From positions 42,346,001 through 42,410,000 of the forward strand of contig OZ024742.1 in the NCBI GenBank assembly GCA_964016885.1: DNA of 64,000 nucleotides, read 5' to 3'. The position numbers were made by a program, and so were the translations under genes. This DNA comes from Eledone cirrhosa. Its lineage: Eukaryota. How positions within the stretch are numbered: the first letter of the stretch is position 1; every line of letters begins with the position of its first letter. This document shows positions 1-13,500 of this stretch, one piece after another. The notes below the pieces were generated by a model, which was not told where the DNA came from, did not search any database, and saw nothing but the letters and a program-made list of their open reading frames with translations.

Positions 1-721
1 ATGTCAGTTCAGAAAAAACATCTTTTTAACAGTTTAATCAGCGAGGTATGGCAGTGCTCAGGACATTTTTCAGGGCCTTTGAGACTGGTAGTGGAGAGGG
101 AGAAAAGTATCTTGAAACTGCACTCCACCATAGGCACTTAAGGGCCAGCTGGTGATGCTAAACTGGACAACATATTAAATCTACTATCCAATAAACCACA
201 GCGGAATTTAGTTAGAATACAAAGAGCTGAAATAAATACTGCAAGGCATCTCATCTGATGATTTAACTATTCATTACCATGGATTGGTATTTCATTTTAT
301 TGACCCCAAAACAAAGTTGACTTTGTTGGGATTTGAAGTCAGAGTACAAATAGCTGGAAGAAGCACCACAAAGCATTTTATCCTTCACTTTTAATGTTGG
401 TAAAATAAATGTTCTTTGTATGCTTTGCTTTTTAGTATCTAAACATAAATCTCTTTCTTCTAAAGATAGTGCTGTTTTTCTAAATTATTAATTTTCAGAT
501 AGAATTATTAGGGTGTCGGAGAACTGCTTCATGGTATTTTTTTATAGCTTTTTACATTCTGAGTTCAAATCCTGCTGAAGACAACTTTGTCTTTCATTGT
601 TTTGTGGGGTTGATTAAATATAGTACCAGTCAAATTCTGGGATTGATTTATTCGACTTTCTTCCCTTTTCCCCCTCTCCCAAAATTACTAGTCTTGTGCT
701 TAAAGTAAAAATAATTTTTAA

Positions 722-869
722 CCCTTTAGCATTTACATTACTCTATATTTACTATTGTATTTTCATGGTAAAGGCTTTATCTTACATATTGAATCTATGA
801 GATTTTGATTATTATATATTTTGAGAACAATGCTTTAACATCTGAGTGGCTGGTTTAAATGCTAAAGGG
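722..869. mobile_element. TTAA-flanked piggyBac-type MITE
   Basis: TTAA|CCCTTTAGCATTTA ... TAAATGCTAAAGGG|TTAA. Confidence 0.8.
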
Positions 870-1225
870 TTAATTGAAAGGCAAACCCTGGTAAATATGA
901 CTGTCAACCACATATGTCTTTGTTTTTATCATATTTTTTTTATAACTGAACTGTCCTGTGTAATACCATTAGTTTTTTAAAATGCTAGAGTTGTAGGAGT
1001 GGAATGCCTGTGTCTGTTTATCATTAGGTATGCGTAACACAATATGGTTTTCCTAAGTTGGTGCTTGTGGTGGGGGTGCAAAAGGGATTGGTTTAAAGCT
1101 TCTGCAAGTTTAAATTATACTTGTGAATGCATTTCATCCTTTTCAAACCTAACTTCCTGAAACCACTCCTAGTTATATGATACAATGTTGTTTATTTTAA
1201 AGTATTTTTATCAGTATAAAATCCT

Positions 1226-1640
1226 AGGGTCGGACGCCATGCTTTGCAGCATAGAGTTACGCCCTTTACGATGTGAGTTCAAATCCCTCTATGGTAAAAT
1301 TTGCCTTTCATCCTTACGGGGACGATAAAATAAAGTACCAGTAATGCACTGGGATAATTGCTGGCTTTGTGCCAAAAATAGAAATAATTATTTTGAGTTC
1401 AAACCCTGCCACGGTTAACTTTGCCTTTCATCCTTATGGGGGTAAATAAAATAAAGTACCAGTAACACACTGGGGTTGATTCAATTGACTTTCTCCTCAC
1501 CCAAAATTGTTGGCCTTGTGCCTAAATCAGAAGCCATTATTTTTGACTTTGCCTTTCATCCTTATGGGGTCGATAAAATAAAGTACCAGTAATGCACTGG
1601 TTAATTGCTGGCCTTGTGCCTAAAGTAGAAACAATTATTT
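1226..1640 (+). mobile_element. Three tandem, progressively 5'-truncated copies of the same SINE
   Basis: Body TTTGCCTTTCATCCTTA.GGGG..GATAAAATAAAGTACCAGT at ~1300, ~1420 and ~1548. Confidence 0.85.
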
Positions 1641-1904
1641 TATGTAAAAGCCTTTGTTATGCTCCTAGCACCATCTTAAGAATAAGGAAGTTAGTTATAT
1701 TACTAAATCTCTCTAATTTCTTGATTATTTTCAAAATAATATGAAAATCATAAGCAGTGTATTTCATTAGGGATATAGTGAAAGAGTTAGATAAATATGG
1801 ATACGTAGAAAATGTCCAATTTGTTTTGTTTTTTTCTCTCTTTTAGTTGATAGGAAATTTAAATAAATGGTTGTTGTAATAACATATTTCTCCTTACTCT
1901 ACAG

Positions 1905-2087
1905 GTCTGTGGGGTCTTGTTAACAATGCTGGAATTTCATACTTTGCTGAGACTGAAATGACGTCTGAAGAAATATTCCAGAAAACAATAAATGTCAATC
2001 TTTTTGGCACAATTCGATTGACGAAAGCATTCTTACCTTTAATCAGGAAAAGCAAAGGGAGAATAATCAACATGGCCAGTTTCGTTG
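1905..2087 (+). CDS. SDR9C-family short-chain dehydrogenase/reductase (RDH/HSD17B6/BDH1-like), internal exon; earlier exons lie outside the window or were not recognised
   Basis: Acceptor tactctacag|, translation [10 protein letters not shown]...[33 protein letters not shown] (NNAG motif, catalytic Ser region), donor g|gtaatt, phase 1. Confidence 0.92.
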
Positions 2088-2257
2088 GTAATTATTTCTT
2101 TTTATTATACTCTTTTACTGATTTATGTTGTAGACTGTGGTCATGCTGAAGCATTACTTTGAAGGTTTTTAATTGATCATCTTGCTCCCAGTCTGCTACT
2201 TACTTTATCAATTCTATTTGTCAAACTGTTAAGTTATGAGACATAAACATAAATACA

Positions 2258-2655
2258 GACCTTACCCAATTACACCTCTCAAAGGCGATGGACACACGAC
2301 CGTGACCTCTGGCGTCACGCAGTAATACAGAGTACCCGACCTCCAATGGGTACAAGTTGAAGCATATAGACAATATGCCCCCACACTCTCCCACTGCAAG
2401 GTGGTTGTGGAGGTGCCACGGCAAAAAAGTACCCAGCCCACACTGTAAAGTGGACGTGTAGGGGCCACAAAAAAAGCACCCAGCACTCAATGTAAATGAG
2501 GTTGGTGTTAGGAAGGGCATCCAGCTGTAGAAATCAAGCCAAAATCAGTTCCTGTATGAGCAAGGCATGGTCAACCGACCAGACACTGCCCACAACAGGA
2601 CAACCCGTCTAACCCATGCTAGCATGGAAGAACGGACGTAAAACGGTGATGATGA
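2258..2655 (+). mobile_element. RTE LINE 3' end (same subfamily as the 27253 and 28744 copies)
   Basis: Closely similar to 27568-27922; tail GGACGTAAAACGGTGATGATG. Confidence 0.9.
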
Positions 2656-2689
2656 CAGACAGACCCACTTCTGTTCATTATAGTTCTTC

Positions 2690-3228
2690 AGGCCATAATA
2701 GAGGAGTTTAAAACTGGCTCTCCATGAGAACTTCTGTATGCTAGAGATCTGGTTCTTATAGCTGAATCTGTAGAACTAAAGAATAAGTTCCAACTTTGGG
2801 AACAGAATTTAGAATTAAAAGGGTTGAGAAGCTAAAACTAAAGTGCTAGTAAGTAGGAAAGAAGACAGGGCTCTGATTTCACCAGGGATGTGGTTCTGTT
2901 TGATATGCAGGATAGGAGTAGTGAGAAACTCTATACGATGTACACAATGTAAATCTTGGGTATACAAGAGGTGTTGTTGGATTGCAGGCATATTAACAGG
3001 AAAGGAAGACATTATATGTAAAAGATGCACAGGGGTAATTGATTGTAAGAAGTCAGAGATATAATTCTTTACTTATACCATGAAGGATCCTTAGAAGTGG
3101 TTGTAGCTTTTGCTACCTAGGTGATCTAATTAACACTGGGGGAAAGAGCTCCGAGTAGAGAAATGTTGTGCTGAAAAGGACCTGCCCAACCCATGCAAGC
3201 ATGGAAAGGCAGACATAAAACTGATGAT
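2690..3228 (+). mobile_element. Degraded, internally deleted RTE RT fragment
   Basis: EEFKTG.P.ELLYA remnant, C..C/C..C knuckle, RTE-type tail. Confidence 0.8.
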
Positions 3229-4570
3229 TATATATGTATAGAGATGTATGTATGTATGTATAAAGATGTATGTATATATGTATAAAGATGTATGTATGGA
3301 CATAACTGAAGAGGTCACTCAACTCTTTGTTTGACATGTTTTACTACAATACACATGCAAGTGCAACAAGTTTTTTTTACATTTTCCTGTCTGCCAAATT
3401 CACTCACAAAGCATTAGCTTGGTCAAGGATACTTTAGAAACTCTTGTCCAAGGTGCTGCACTGTGCAATGGAATTCAAAACCATGTCATTGGGATGCAAA
3501 CTTAACAACATAGCCATGTCTACAACTATAAACAATAAAACAAAGAGCCCATGACTTATATATCTATATTGTTAAAGGGTAAGTGTGAAGAACTTGATGA
3601 ATATTACCATGTAGATTGTAACTTAAATTATCAGATTATTTTAAACATTTGAATTCTATTTGGTAATTGTAGTCTGAAAGCTAAATGTCAGCACATTTGA
3701 CACTTTATAGCAAGGGTTAGAAACCTTTTCAATCTGAAAAGCCATTTTTAACTTTAAAAAGTAATTGCGACTGTTGAAACAACATAATTTATTATAAACA
3801 AAAATATATACTAGAAAACATGAATTTAGATAATGTTTTTCTTACTCACTACTCATAATATAGGTAATAATATAATTTCTATAGCCTATGAGCCACTTGA
3901 GATAGGCTAAATAACTGTAAAGAAGCTCTGTGGCAAATTCCCAACCTTTTCTTTATAGCAACATAAAAGAGTTGTTGATTGAATCACTTGAATTATTTAG
4001 TGAATCATGAGTTTACAGCATTTATATATATATTGTTAGATATTTATGTAACCTCACTATTAGGCTTTGAGCCAATGAGGGAATCTCTACCTAGTTGGTC
4101 AACATGCTAGAAATAGCAACTAAACCACCCTCAAATAGCACCTGTTTTAAATAAGAAAAGGATACATTAGTCATAGAATGCTTTTCATCATTGGTCAGTC
4201 CTGCAGCACAATAAGTCCCAGGGCACAATAACAGCTACAACACGGTTGTCTTACTAACACTGTTTAACTTGCTTGTTATGTGTGTGTATCCAGTTTAGAA
4301 TAGCTACACCATTTCCTACATCTTAGAAGCATCTAAAAAGGTTGATGTTAGGAAAGGCATTCAGCTATAAATCATTGCCTTAAAAAGGACCTCAGATGGG
4401 AATGAAGCTTGTCCTGGGGCCCTGCAAGACTAGACCAGCTTTAGCAGGCAACATAACCTTAAAGCATTTGTTTCTCATGTGAATGGTGAGTCTATCTAAC
4501 CCATTTGTGTTCTAAGGACACCACTAAAGAGTTCTTCTTATCCTTTGGAATGTTTTTATTTAGGCTTATA

Positions 4571-7500
4571 GTTTTGGCAATAAGGCAGATAGTTCATTTG
4601 AGGAGTAATTGTCTTGGCTATAAGGCAGATAGTTCATTTGAGGAGTAATTATCTTGGCTATATGGCAGATATATATAGTTTATTTGAGGGGTAATTGTCT
4701 TGGCTATAAGGCAGATATAGCTTATTTGAGGGGTAATTGTCTTGGCTATAAGGCAGATATAGTTTATTTGAGGGGTAATTGTTTTGGCTATAAGGCAGAT
4801 ATAGTTTATTTGAGGGGTAATTGTCTTGGCTATAAGGCAGATATAGTTTATTTGAGGAGTAATTGTCTTGGCTATAAGGCAGATATAGTTCATTTAAGGG
4901 GTAATTGTTTTGGCTATAAGGCAGATATAGTTTATTTGAGTGGTAATTGTCTTGGCTATAAGGCAGATATAGTTTATTTGAGGGCTAAGTGTCTTGGCTA
5001 TAACGCAGATATAGTTTATTTGAGGGGTAATTGTCTTGGCTATAAGGCAGATATAGTTTATTTGAGTGCTAATTGTCTTGGCTATAAGGCAGATATAGTT
5101 TATTTGAGTGCTAATTGTCTTGGCTATAAGGCAGATATAGTTTATTTGAGGGGTAATTGTCTTGGCTATAAGGCAGATATAGTTTATTTGAGGAGTAATT
5201 GTCTTGGCTATAAGGCAGATATAGTTCATTTAAGGGGTAATTGTTTTGGCTATAAGGCAGATATAGTTTATTTGAGTGGTAATTGTCTTGGCTATAAGGC
5301 AGATATAGTTTATTTGAGGGCTAAGTGTCTTGGCTATAACGCAGATATAGTTTATTTGAGGGGTAATTGTCTTGGCTATAAGGCAGATATAGTTTATTTG
5401 AGTGCTAATTGTCTTGGCTATAAGGCAGATATAGTTTATTTGAGTGCTAATTGTCTTGGCTATAAGGCAGATATAGTTTATTTGAGGGGTAATTGTCTTT
5501 GCTATAAGGCAGATATAGTTTATTTGAGGAGTAATTGTCTTGGCTATAAGGCAGATATAGTTCATTTAAGGGGTAATTGTTTTGGCTATAAGGCAGATAT
5601 AGTTTATTTGAGTGGTAATTGTCTTGGCTATAAGGCAGATATAGTTTATTTGAGGGCTAAGTGTCTTGGCTATAACGCAGATATAGTTTATTTGAGGGGT
5701 AATTGTCTTGGCTATAAGGCAGATATAGCTTATTTGAGGGGTAATTGTCTTGGCTATAAGGCAGATATAGTTTATTTGAGGGGTAATTGTTTTGGCTATA
5801 AGGCAGATATAGTTTATTTGAGGGGTAATTGTCTTGGCTATAAGGCAGATATAGTTTATTTGAGGAGTAATTGTCTTGGCTATAAGGCAGATATAGTTCA
5901 TTTAAGGGGTAATTGTTTTGGCTATAAGGCAGATATAGTTTATTTGAGTGGTAATTGTCTTGGCTATAAGGCAGATATAGTTTATTTGAGGGCTAAGTGT
6001 CTTGGCTATAACGCAGATATAGTTTATTTGAGGGGTAATTGTCTTGGCTATAAGGCAGATATAGTTTATTTGAGTGCTAATTGTCTTGGCTATAAGGCAG
6101 ATATAGTTTATTTGAGTGCTAATTGTCTTGGCTATAAGGCAGATATAGTTTATTTGAGGGGTAATTGTCTTGGCTATAAGGCAGATATAGTTTATTTGAG
6201 GAGTAATTGTCTTGGCTATAAGGCAGATATAGTTCATTTAAGGGGTAATTGTTTTGGCTATAAGGCAGATATAGTTTATTTGAGTGGTAATTGTCTTGGC
6301 TATAAGGCAGATATAGTTTATTTGAGGGCTAAGTGTCTTGGCTATAACGCAGATATAGTTTATTTGAGGGGTAATTGTCTTGGCTATAAGGCAGATATAG
6401 TTTATTTGAGTGCTAATTGTCTTGGCTATAAGGCAGATATAGTTTATTTGAGTGCTAATTGTCTTGGCTATAAGGCAGATATAGTTTATTTGAGGGGTAA
6501 TTGTCTTTGCTATAAGGCAGATATAGTTTATTTGAGGAGTAATTGTCTTGGCTATAAGGCAGATATAGTTCATTTAAGGGGTAATTGTTTTGGCTATAAG
6601 GCAGATATAGTTTATTTGAGTGGTAATTGTCTTGGCTATAAGGCAGATATAGTTTATTTGAGGGCTAAGTGTCTTGGCTATAACGCAGATATAGTTTATT
6701 TGAGGGGTAATTGTCTTGGCTATAAGGCAGATATAGTTTATTTGAGTGCTAATTGTCTTGGCTATAAGGCAGATATAGTTTATTTGAGTGCTAATTGTCT
6801 TGGCTATAAGGCAGATATAGTTTATTTGAGGGGTAATTGTCTTGGCTATAAGGCAGATATAGTTTATTTGAGGAGTAATTGTCTTGGCTATAAGGCAGAT
6901 ATAGTTCATTTAAGGGGTAATTGTTTTGGCTATAAGGCAGATATAGTTTATTTGAGTGGTAATTGTCTTGGCTATAAGGCAGATATAGTTTATTTGAGGG
7001 CTAAGTGTCTTGGCTATAACGCAGATATAGTTTATTTGAGGGGTAATTGTCTTGGCTATAAGGCAGATATAGTTTATTTGAGTGCTAATTGTCTTGGCTA
7101 TAAGGCAGATATAGTTTATTTGAGTGCTAATTGTCTTGGCTATAAGGCAGATATAGTTTATTTGAGTGCTAATTGTCTTGGCTATAAGGCAGATATAGTT
7201 TATTTGAGGGGTAATTGTCTTGGCTATAAGGCAGATATAGTTTATTTGAGGGGTAATTGTCTTGGCTATAAGGCAGATATAGTTTATTTGAGGGGTAATT
7301 GTCTTGGCTATATGGCAGATATAGTTTATTTGAGGAGTAATTGTCCTGTCTATAAAGCAGATATAGTTTATTTGAGGGGTAATTGTTTTGGCTATAAGGC
7401 AGATATAGTTTATTTGAGGAGTAATTGTCTTGGCTATAAGGCAGATATAGTTTATTTGAGGGGTAATTGTCTTGGCTATAAGGCAGATATAGTTTATTTG

Positions 7501-10500
7501 AGGGCTAATTGTCTTGGCTAGAAGGCAGATATAGTTTATTTGAGGAGTAATTATCTTGGCTATAAGGCAGATATAGTTTATTTGAGGGATAATTGTTTTG
7601 GCTATAAGGTAGATATAGTTCATTTGAGGGGTAATTGTTTTGGCTATAAGGCAGATAGTTTATTTGAGGGCTAATTGTCTTGGCTATAAGGCAGATATAG
7701 TTTATTTGAGGGGTAATTGTTTTGGCTGTAAGGCAGATCTAGTTTATATTTGAGGGGTAATTGTTTTGGCAATAAGGCAGATAGTTCATTTGAGGGGTAA
7801 TTGTCTTGGCAATAAGGCAGATATAGTTTATTTGAGGGGTAATTGCCTTGGCTATAAGGCAGATAGTTTATTTGAGGGGTAATTGTCTTGGCTATAAGGC
7901 AGATATAGTTTATTTGAGGGGTAATTGTCTTGGCTATAAGGCAGATATAGTTTATTTGAGGGGTAATTGTCTTGGCTATAAGGCAGATATAGTTTATTTG
8001 AGGGGTAATTGTCTTGGCTATAAGGCAGATATAGTTTATTGGAGCGGTAATTGTTTTGCCTATAAGGCAGATATAGTTTATTTGAGGGGTAATTGTCTTG
8101 GCTATAAGGCAGATATAGTTTATTTGAGGGGTAATTGTCTTGGCTATATGGCAGATATAGTTTATTTGAGGAGTAATTGTCCTGTCTATAAGGCAGATAT
8201 AGTTTATTTGAGGGGTAATTGTTTTGGCTATAAGGCAGATATAGTTTATTTGAGGAGTAATTGTCTTGGCTATAAGGCAGATATAGTTTATTTGAGGTAT
8301 AATTGTTTTGGCTATAAGGCAGATATAGTTTATTTGAGGGGTAATTGTCTTGTCTATAAGGCAGATATAGTTTATTTGAGGAGTAATTGTCTTGGCTATA
8401 AGGCAGATATAGTTTATTTGAGGAGTAATTGTCTTGGCTATAAGGCAGATATAGTTTATATTTGAGGTGTAATTGTTTTGCCAATAAGGCAGATAGTTCA
8501 TTTGAGGGGTAATTGTCTTGGCTATAAGGCAGATATAGTTTATTTGAGGGGTAATTGTCTTGGCTATAAGGCATATATAGTTTATTTGAGGAGTAATTGT
8601 CTTGGCTATAAGGCAGATATAGTTTATATTTGAGGTGTAATTGTTTTGCCAATAAGGCAGATAGTTCATTTGAGGGGTAATTGTCTTGGCTATAAGGCAG
8701 ATATAGTTTATTTGAGGGGTAATTGTCTTGGCTATAAGGCATATATAGTTTATTTGAGGGGTAAGTGTCTTGGCTATAAGGCAGATATAGTTTATTTGAG
8801 GGGTAATTGTCTTGGCTATAAGGCAGATATAGTTTGAGGGCTAATTGTCTTGGCTATAAGGCAGATATAGTTTATTTGAGGGGTAATTGTTTTGGCTGTA
8901 AGGCAGATATAGTTTATATTTGAGGGGTAATCGTCTTGGCTATAAGGCAGATATAGTTTATTTGAGGGGTAATTGTTTTGGCTATAAGGCAGATATAGTT
9001 TATATTTGAGGGGTAAGTTTATTTGAGGTGTAATTGTTTTGGCTATAAGGCAGATATAGTTTATTTGAGGGGTAAGTGTCTTGGCTATAAGGCAGATATA
9101 GTTTATTTGAGGGGTAATTGTCTTGGCTATAAGGCGGATATAGTTTATTTGAGGCGTAATTGTCTTGGCTATAAGGCAGATATAGTTTATTTGAGGGGTA
9201 ATTGTCTTGGCTATAAGGCAGACATAGTTTATTTGAGGGGTAAGTGTCTTGGCTATAAGGCAGATATAGTTTATTTTTGGGGTAAGTGTCTTGGCTATAA
9301 GGCAGATATAGTTTATTTGAGGGGTAATTGTCTTGGCTATAAGGCAGATATAGTTTATTTGAGGGGTAATTGTTTTGGCTATAAGGCAGATATAGTTTAT
9401 ATTTGAGGGGTAATTGTTTTGACTATAAGGCAGATATAGTTTATTTGAGGGGTAATTGTCTTGGCTATAAGGCAGATATAGTTTATTTGAGTGCTAATTG
9501 TCTTGGCTATAAGGCAGATATAGTTTATTTGAGTGCTAATTGTCTTGGCTAGAAGGCAGATATAGTTTATTTGAGGAGTAATTATCTTGGCTATAAGGCA
9601 GATATAGTTTATTTGAGGGGTAATTGTCTTGGCTATAAGGCAGATATAGTTTATTGGAGCGGTAATTGTTTTGCCTATAAGGCAGATATAGTTTATTTGA
9701 GGGGTAATTGTCTTGGCTATAAGGCAGATATAGTTTATTTGAGGGGTAATTGTCTTGGCTATATGGCAGATATAGTTTATTTGAGGAGTAATTGTCCTGT
9801 CTATAAGGCAGATATAGTTTATTTGAGGGGTAATTGTTTTGGCTATAAGGCAGATATAGTTTATTTGAGGAGTAATTGTCTTGGCTATAAGGCAGATATA
9901 GTTTATTTGAGGTATAATTGTTTTGGCTATAAGGCAGATATAGTTTATTTGAGGGGTAATTGTCTTGTCTATAAGGCAGATATAGTTTATTTGAGGAGTA
10001 ATTGTCTTGGCTATAAGGCAGATATAGTTTATTTGAGGAGTAATTGTCTTGGCTATAAGGCATATATAGTTTATTTGAGGAGTAATTGTCTTGGCTATAA
10101 GGCAGATATAGTTTATATTTGAGGTGTAATTGTTTTGCCAATAAGGCAGATAGTTCATTTGAGGGGTAATTGTCTTGGCTATAAGGCAGATATAGTTTAT
10201 TTGAGGGGTAATTGTCTTGGCTATAAGGCATATATAGTTTATTTGAGGGGTAAGTGTCTTGGCTATAAGGCAGATATAGTTTATTTGAGGGGTAATTGTC
10301 TTGGCTATAAGGCAGATATAGTTTGAGGGCTAATTGTCTTGGCTATAAGGCAGATATAGTTTATTTGAGGGGTAATTGTTTTGGCTGTAAGGCAGATATA
10401 GTTTATATTTGAGGGGTAATCGTCTTGGCTATAAGGCAGATATAGTTTATTTGAGGGGTAATTGTTTTGGCTATAAGGCAGATATAGTTTATATTTGAGG

Positions 10501-13500
10501 GGTAAGTTTATTTGAGGTGTAATTGTTTTGGCTATAAGGCAGATATAGTTTATTTGAGGGGTAAGTGTCTTGGCTATAAGGCAGATATAGTTTATTTGAG
10601 GCGTAATTGTCTTGGCTATAAGGCAGATATAGTTTATTTGAGGGGTAATTGTCTTGGCTATAAGGCAGACATAGTTTATTTGAGGGGTAATTGTCTTGGC
10701 TATAAGGCGGATATAGTTTATTTGAGGGATAATTGTCTTGGCTATAAGGCAGACATAGTTTATTTGAGGGGTAATTGTTTTGGCTATAAGGCAGATATAA
10801 TTTATTTGAGGGGTAATTGTCTTGGCTATAAGGCAGATATAATTTATTTGAGGGGTAATTGTCTTGGCTATAAGGCAGATATAATTTATTTGAGGGGTAA
10901 TTGTTTTGGCTATAAGGCAGATATAGTTTATTTGAGGGGTAATTGTCTTGGCTATAAGGCAGACATAGTTTATTTGAGGGGTAATTGTTTTGGCTATAAG
11001 GCAGATATAGTTTATTTGAGGGGTAAGTGTCTTGGCTATAAGGCAGATATAGTTCATTTGAGGGGTAATTGTCTTGGCTATAAGGCAGACATAGTTTATT
11101 TGAGGGGTAAGTGTCTTGGCTATAAGGCAGATATAGTTTATTTGAGGGGTAAGTGTCTTGGCTATAACGCAGATATAGTTTATTTGAGGGGTAAGTGTCT
11201 TGGCTATAACGCAGATATAGTTTATTTGAGGGGTAAGTGTCTTGGCTATAAGGCGGATATAGTTTGAGGGGTAATTGTCTTGGCTATAAGGCAGATATAG
11301 TTTATTTGAGGGGTAAGTGTCTTGGCTATAACGCAGATATAGTTTATTTGAGGGGTAAGTGTCTTGGCTATAACGCAGATATAGTTTATTTGAAGGGTAA
11401 TTGTCTTGGCTATAAGGCGGATATAGTTTATTTGAGGCGTAATTGTCTTGGCTATAAGGCAGATATAGTTTATTTGAGGGGTAATTGTCTTGGCTATAAG
11501 GCAGACATAGTTTATTTGAGGGGTAAGTGTCTTGGCTATAAGGCAGATATAGTTTATTTTTGGGGTAAGTGTCTTGGCTATAAGGCAGATATAGTTTATT
11601 TGAGGGGTAATTGTCTTGGCTATAAGGCAGATATAGTTTATTTGAGGGGTAATTGTTTTGGCTATAAGGCAGATATAGTTTATATTTGAGGGGTAATTGT
11701 TTTGACTATAAGGCAGATATAGTTTATTTGAGGGGTAATTGTCTTGGCTATAAGGCAGATATAGTTTATTTGAAGGGTAATTGTCTTGGCTATAAGGCAG
11801 ATATAGTTTATTTGAGGGGTAATTGTTTTGGCTATAAGGCAGATATAGTTTATTTGAGGAGTAATTGTCTTGGCTATAAGGCAGATATAGTTTATTTGAG
11901 GGGTAAGTGTCTTGGCTATAAGGCAGATATAGTTTATTTGAGGGGTAATTGTTTTGGCTATAAGGCAGATATAGTTTATTTGAGGGGTAATTGTTTTGGC
12001 TATAACGCAGATATAGTTTATTTGAGTGCTAATTGTCTTGGCTATAAGGCAGATATAGTTTATTTGAGGGGTAATTGTTTTGGCTATAACGCAGATATAG
12101 TTTATTTGAGGGGTAATTGTTTTGGCTATAAGGCAGATATAGTTTATTTGAGGAGTAATTGTCTTGGCTATAAGGCAGATATAGTTTATTTGAGGGGTAA
12201 TTGTCTTGGCTATAAGGCAGATATAGTTTATTTGAGGGCTAATTGTCTTGGCTAGAAGGCAGATATAGTTTATTTGAGGAGTAATTATCTTGGCTATAAG
12301 GCAGATATAGTTTATTTGAGGGATAATTGTTTTGGCTATAAGGTAGATATAGTTCATTTGAGGGGTAATTGTTTTGGCTATAAGGCAGATAGTTTATTTG
12401 AGGGCTAATTGTCTTGGCTATAAGGCAGATATAGTTTATTTGAGGGGTAATTGTTTTGGCTGTAAGGCAGATCTAGTTTATATTTGAGGGGTAATTGTTT
12501 TGGCAATAAGGCAGATAGTTCATTTGAGGGGTAATTGTCTTGGCAATAAGGCAGATAGTTTATTTGAGGGGTAATTGTCTTGGCTATAAGGCAGATATAG
12601 TTTATTTGAGGGGTAATTGTCTTGGCTATAAGGCAGATATAGTTTATTTGAGGGGTAATTGTCTTGGCTATAAGGCAGATATAGTTTATTTGAGGGGTAA
12701 TTGTCTTGGCTATAAGGCAGATATAGTTTATTGGAGCGGTAATTGTTTTGCCTATAAGGCAGATATAGTTTATTTGAGGGGTAATTGTCTTGGCTATAAG
12801 GCAGATATAGTTTATTTGAGGGGTAATTGTCTTGGCTATATGGCAGATATAGTTTATTTGAGGAGTAATTGTCCTGTCTATAAGGCAGATATAGTTTATT
12901 TGAGGGGTAATTGTTTTGGCTATAAGGCAGATATAGTTTATTTGAGGAGTAATTGTCTTGGCTATAAGGCAGATATAGTTTATTTGAGGTATAATTGTTT
13001 TGGCTATAAGGCAGATATAGTTTATTTGAGGGGTAATTGTCTTGTCTATAAGGCAGATATAGTTTATTTGAGGAGTAATTGTCTTGGCTATAAGGCAGAT
13101 ATAGTTTATTTGAGGAGTAATTGTCTTGGCTATAAGGCAGATATAGTTTATATTTGAGGTGTAATTGTTTTGCCAATAAGGCAGATAGTTCATTTGAGGG
13201 GTAATTGTCTTGGCTATAAGGCAGATATAGTTTATTTGAGGGGTAATTGTCTTGGCTATAAGGCATATATAGTTTATTTGAGGAGTAATTGTCTTGGCTA
13301 TAAGGCAGATATAGTTTATATTTGAGGTGTAATTGTTTTGCCAATAAGGCAGATAGTTCATTTGAGGGGTAATTGTCTTGGCTATAAGGCAGATATAGTT
13401 TATTTGAGGGGTAATTGTCTTGGCTATAAGGCATATATAGTTTATTTGAGGGGTAAGTGTCTTGGCTATAAGGCAGATATAGTTTATTTGAGGGGTAATT

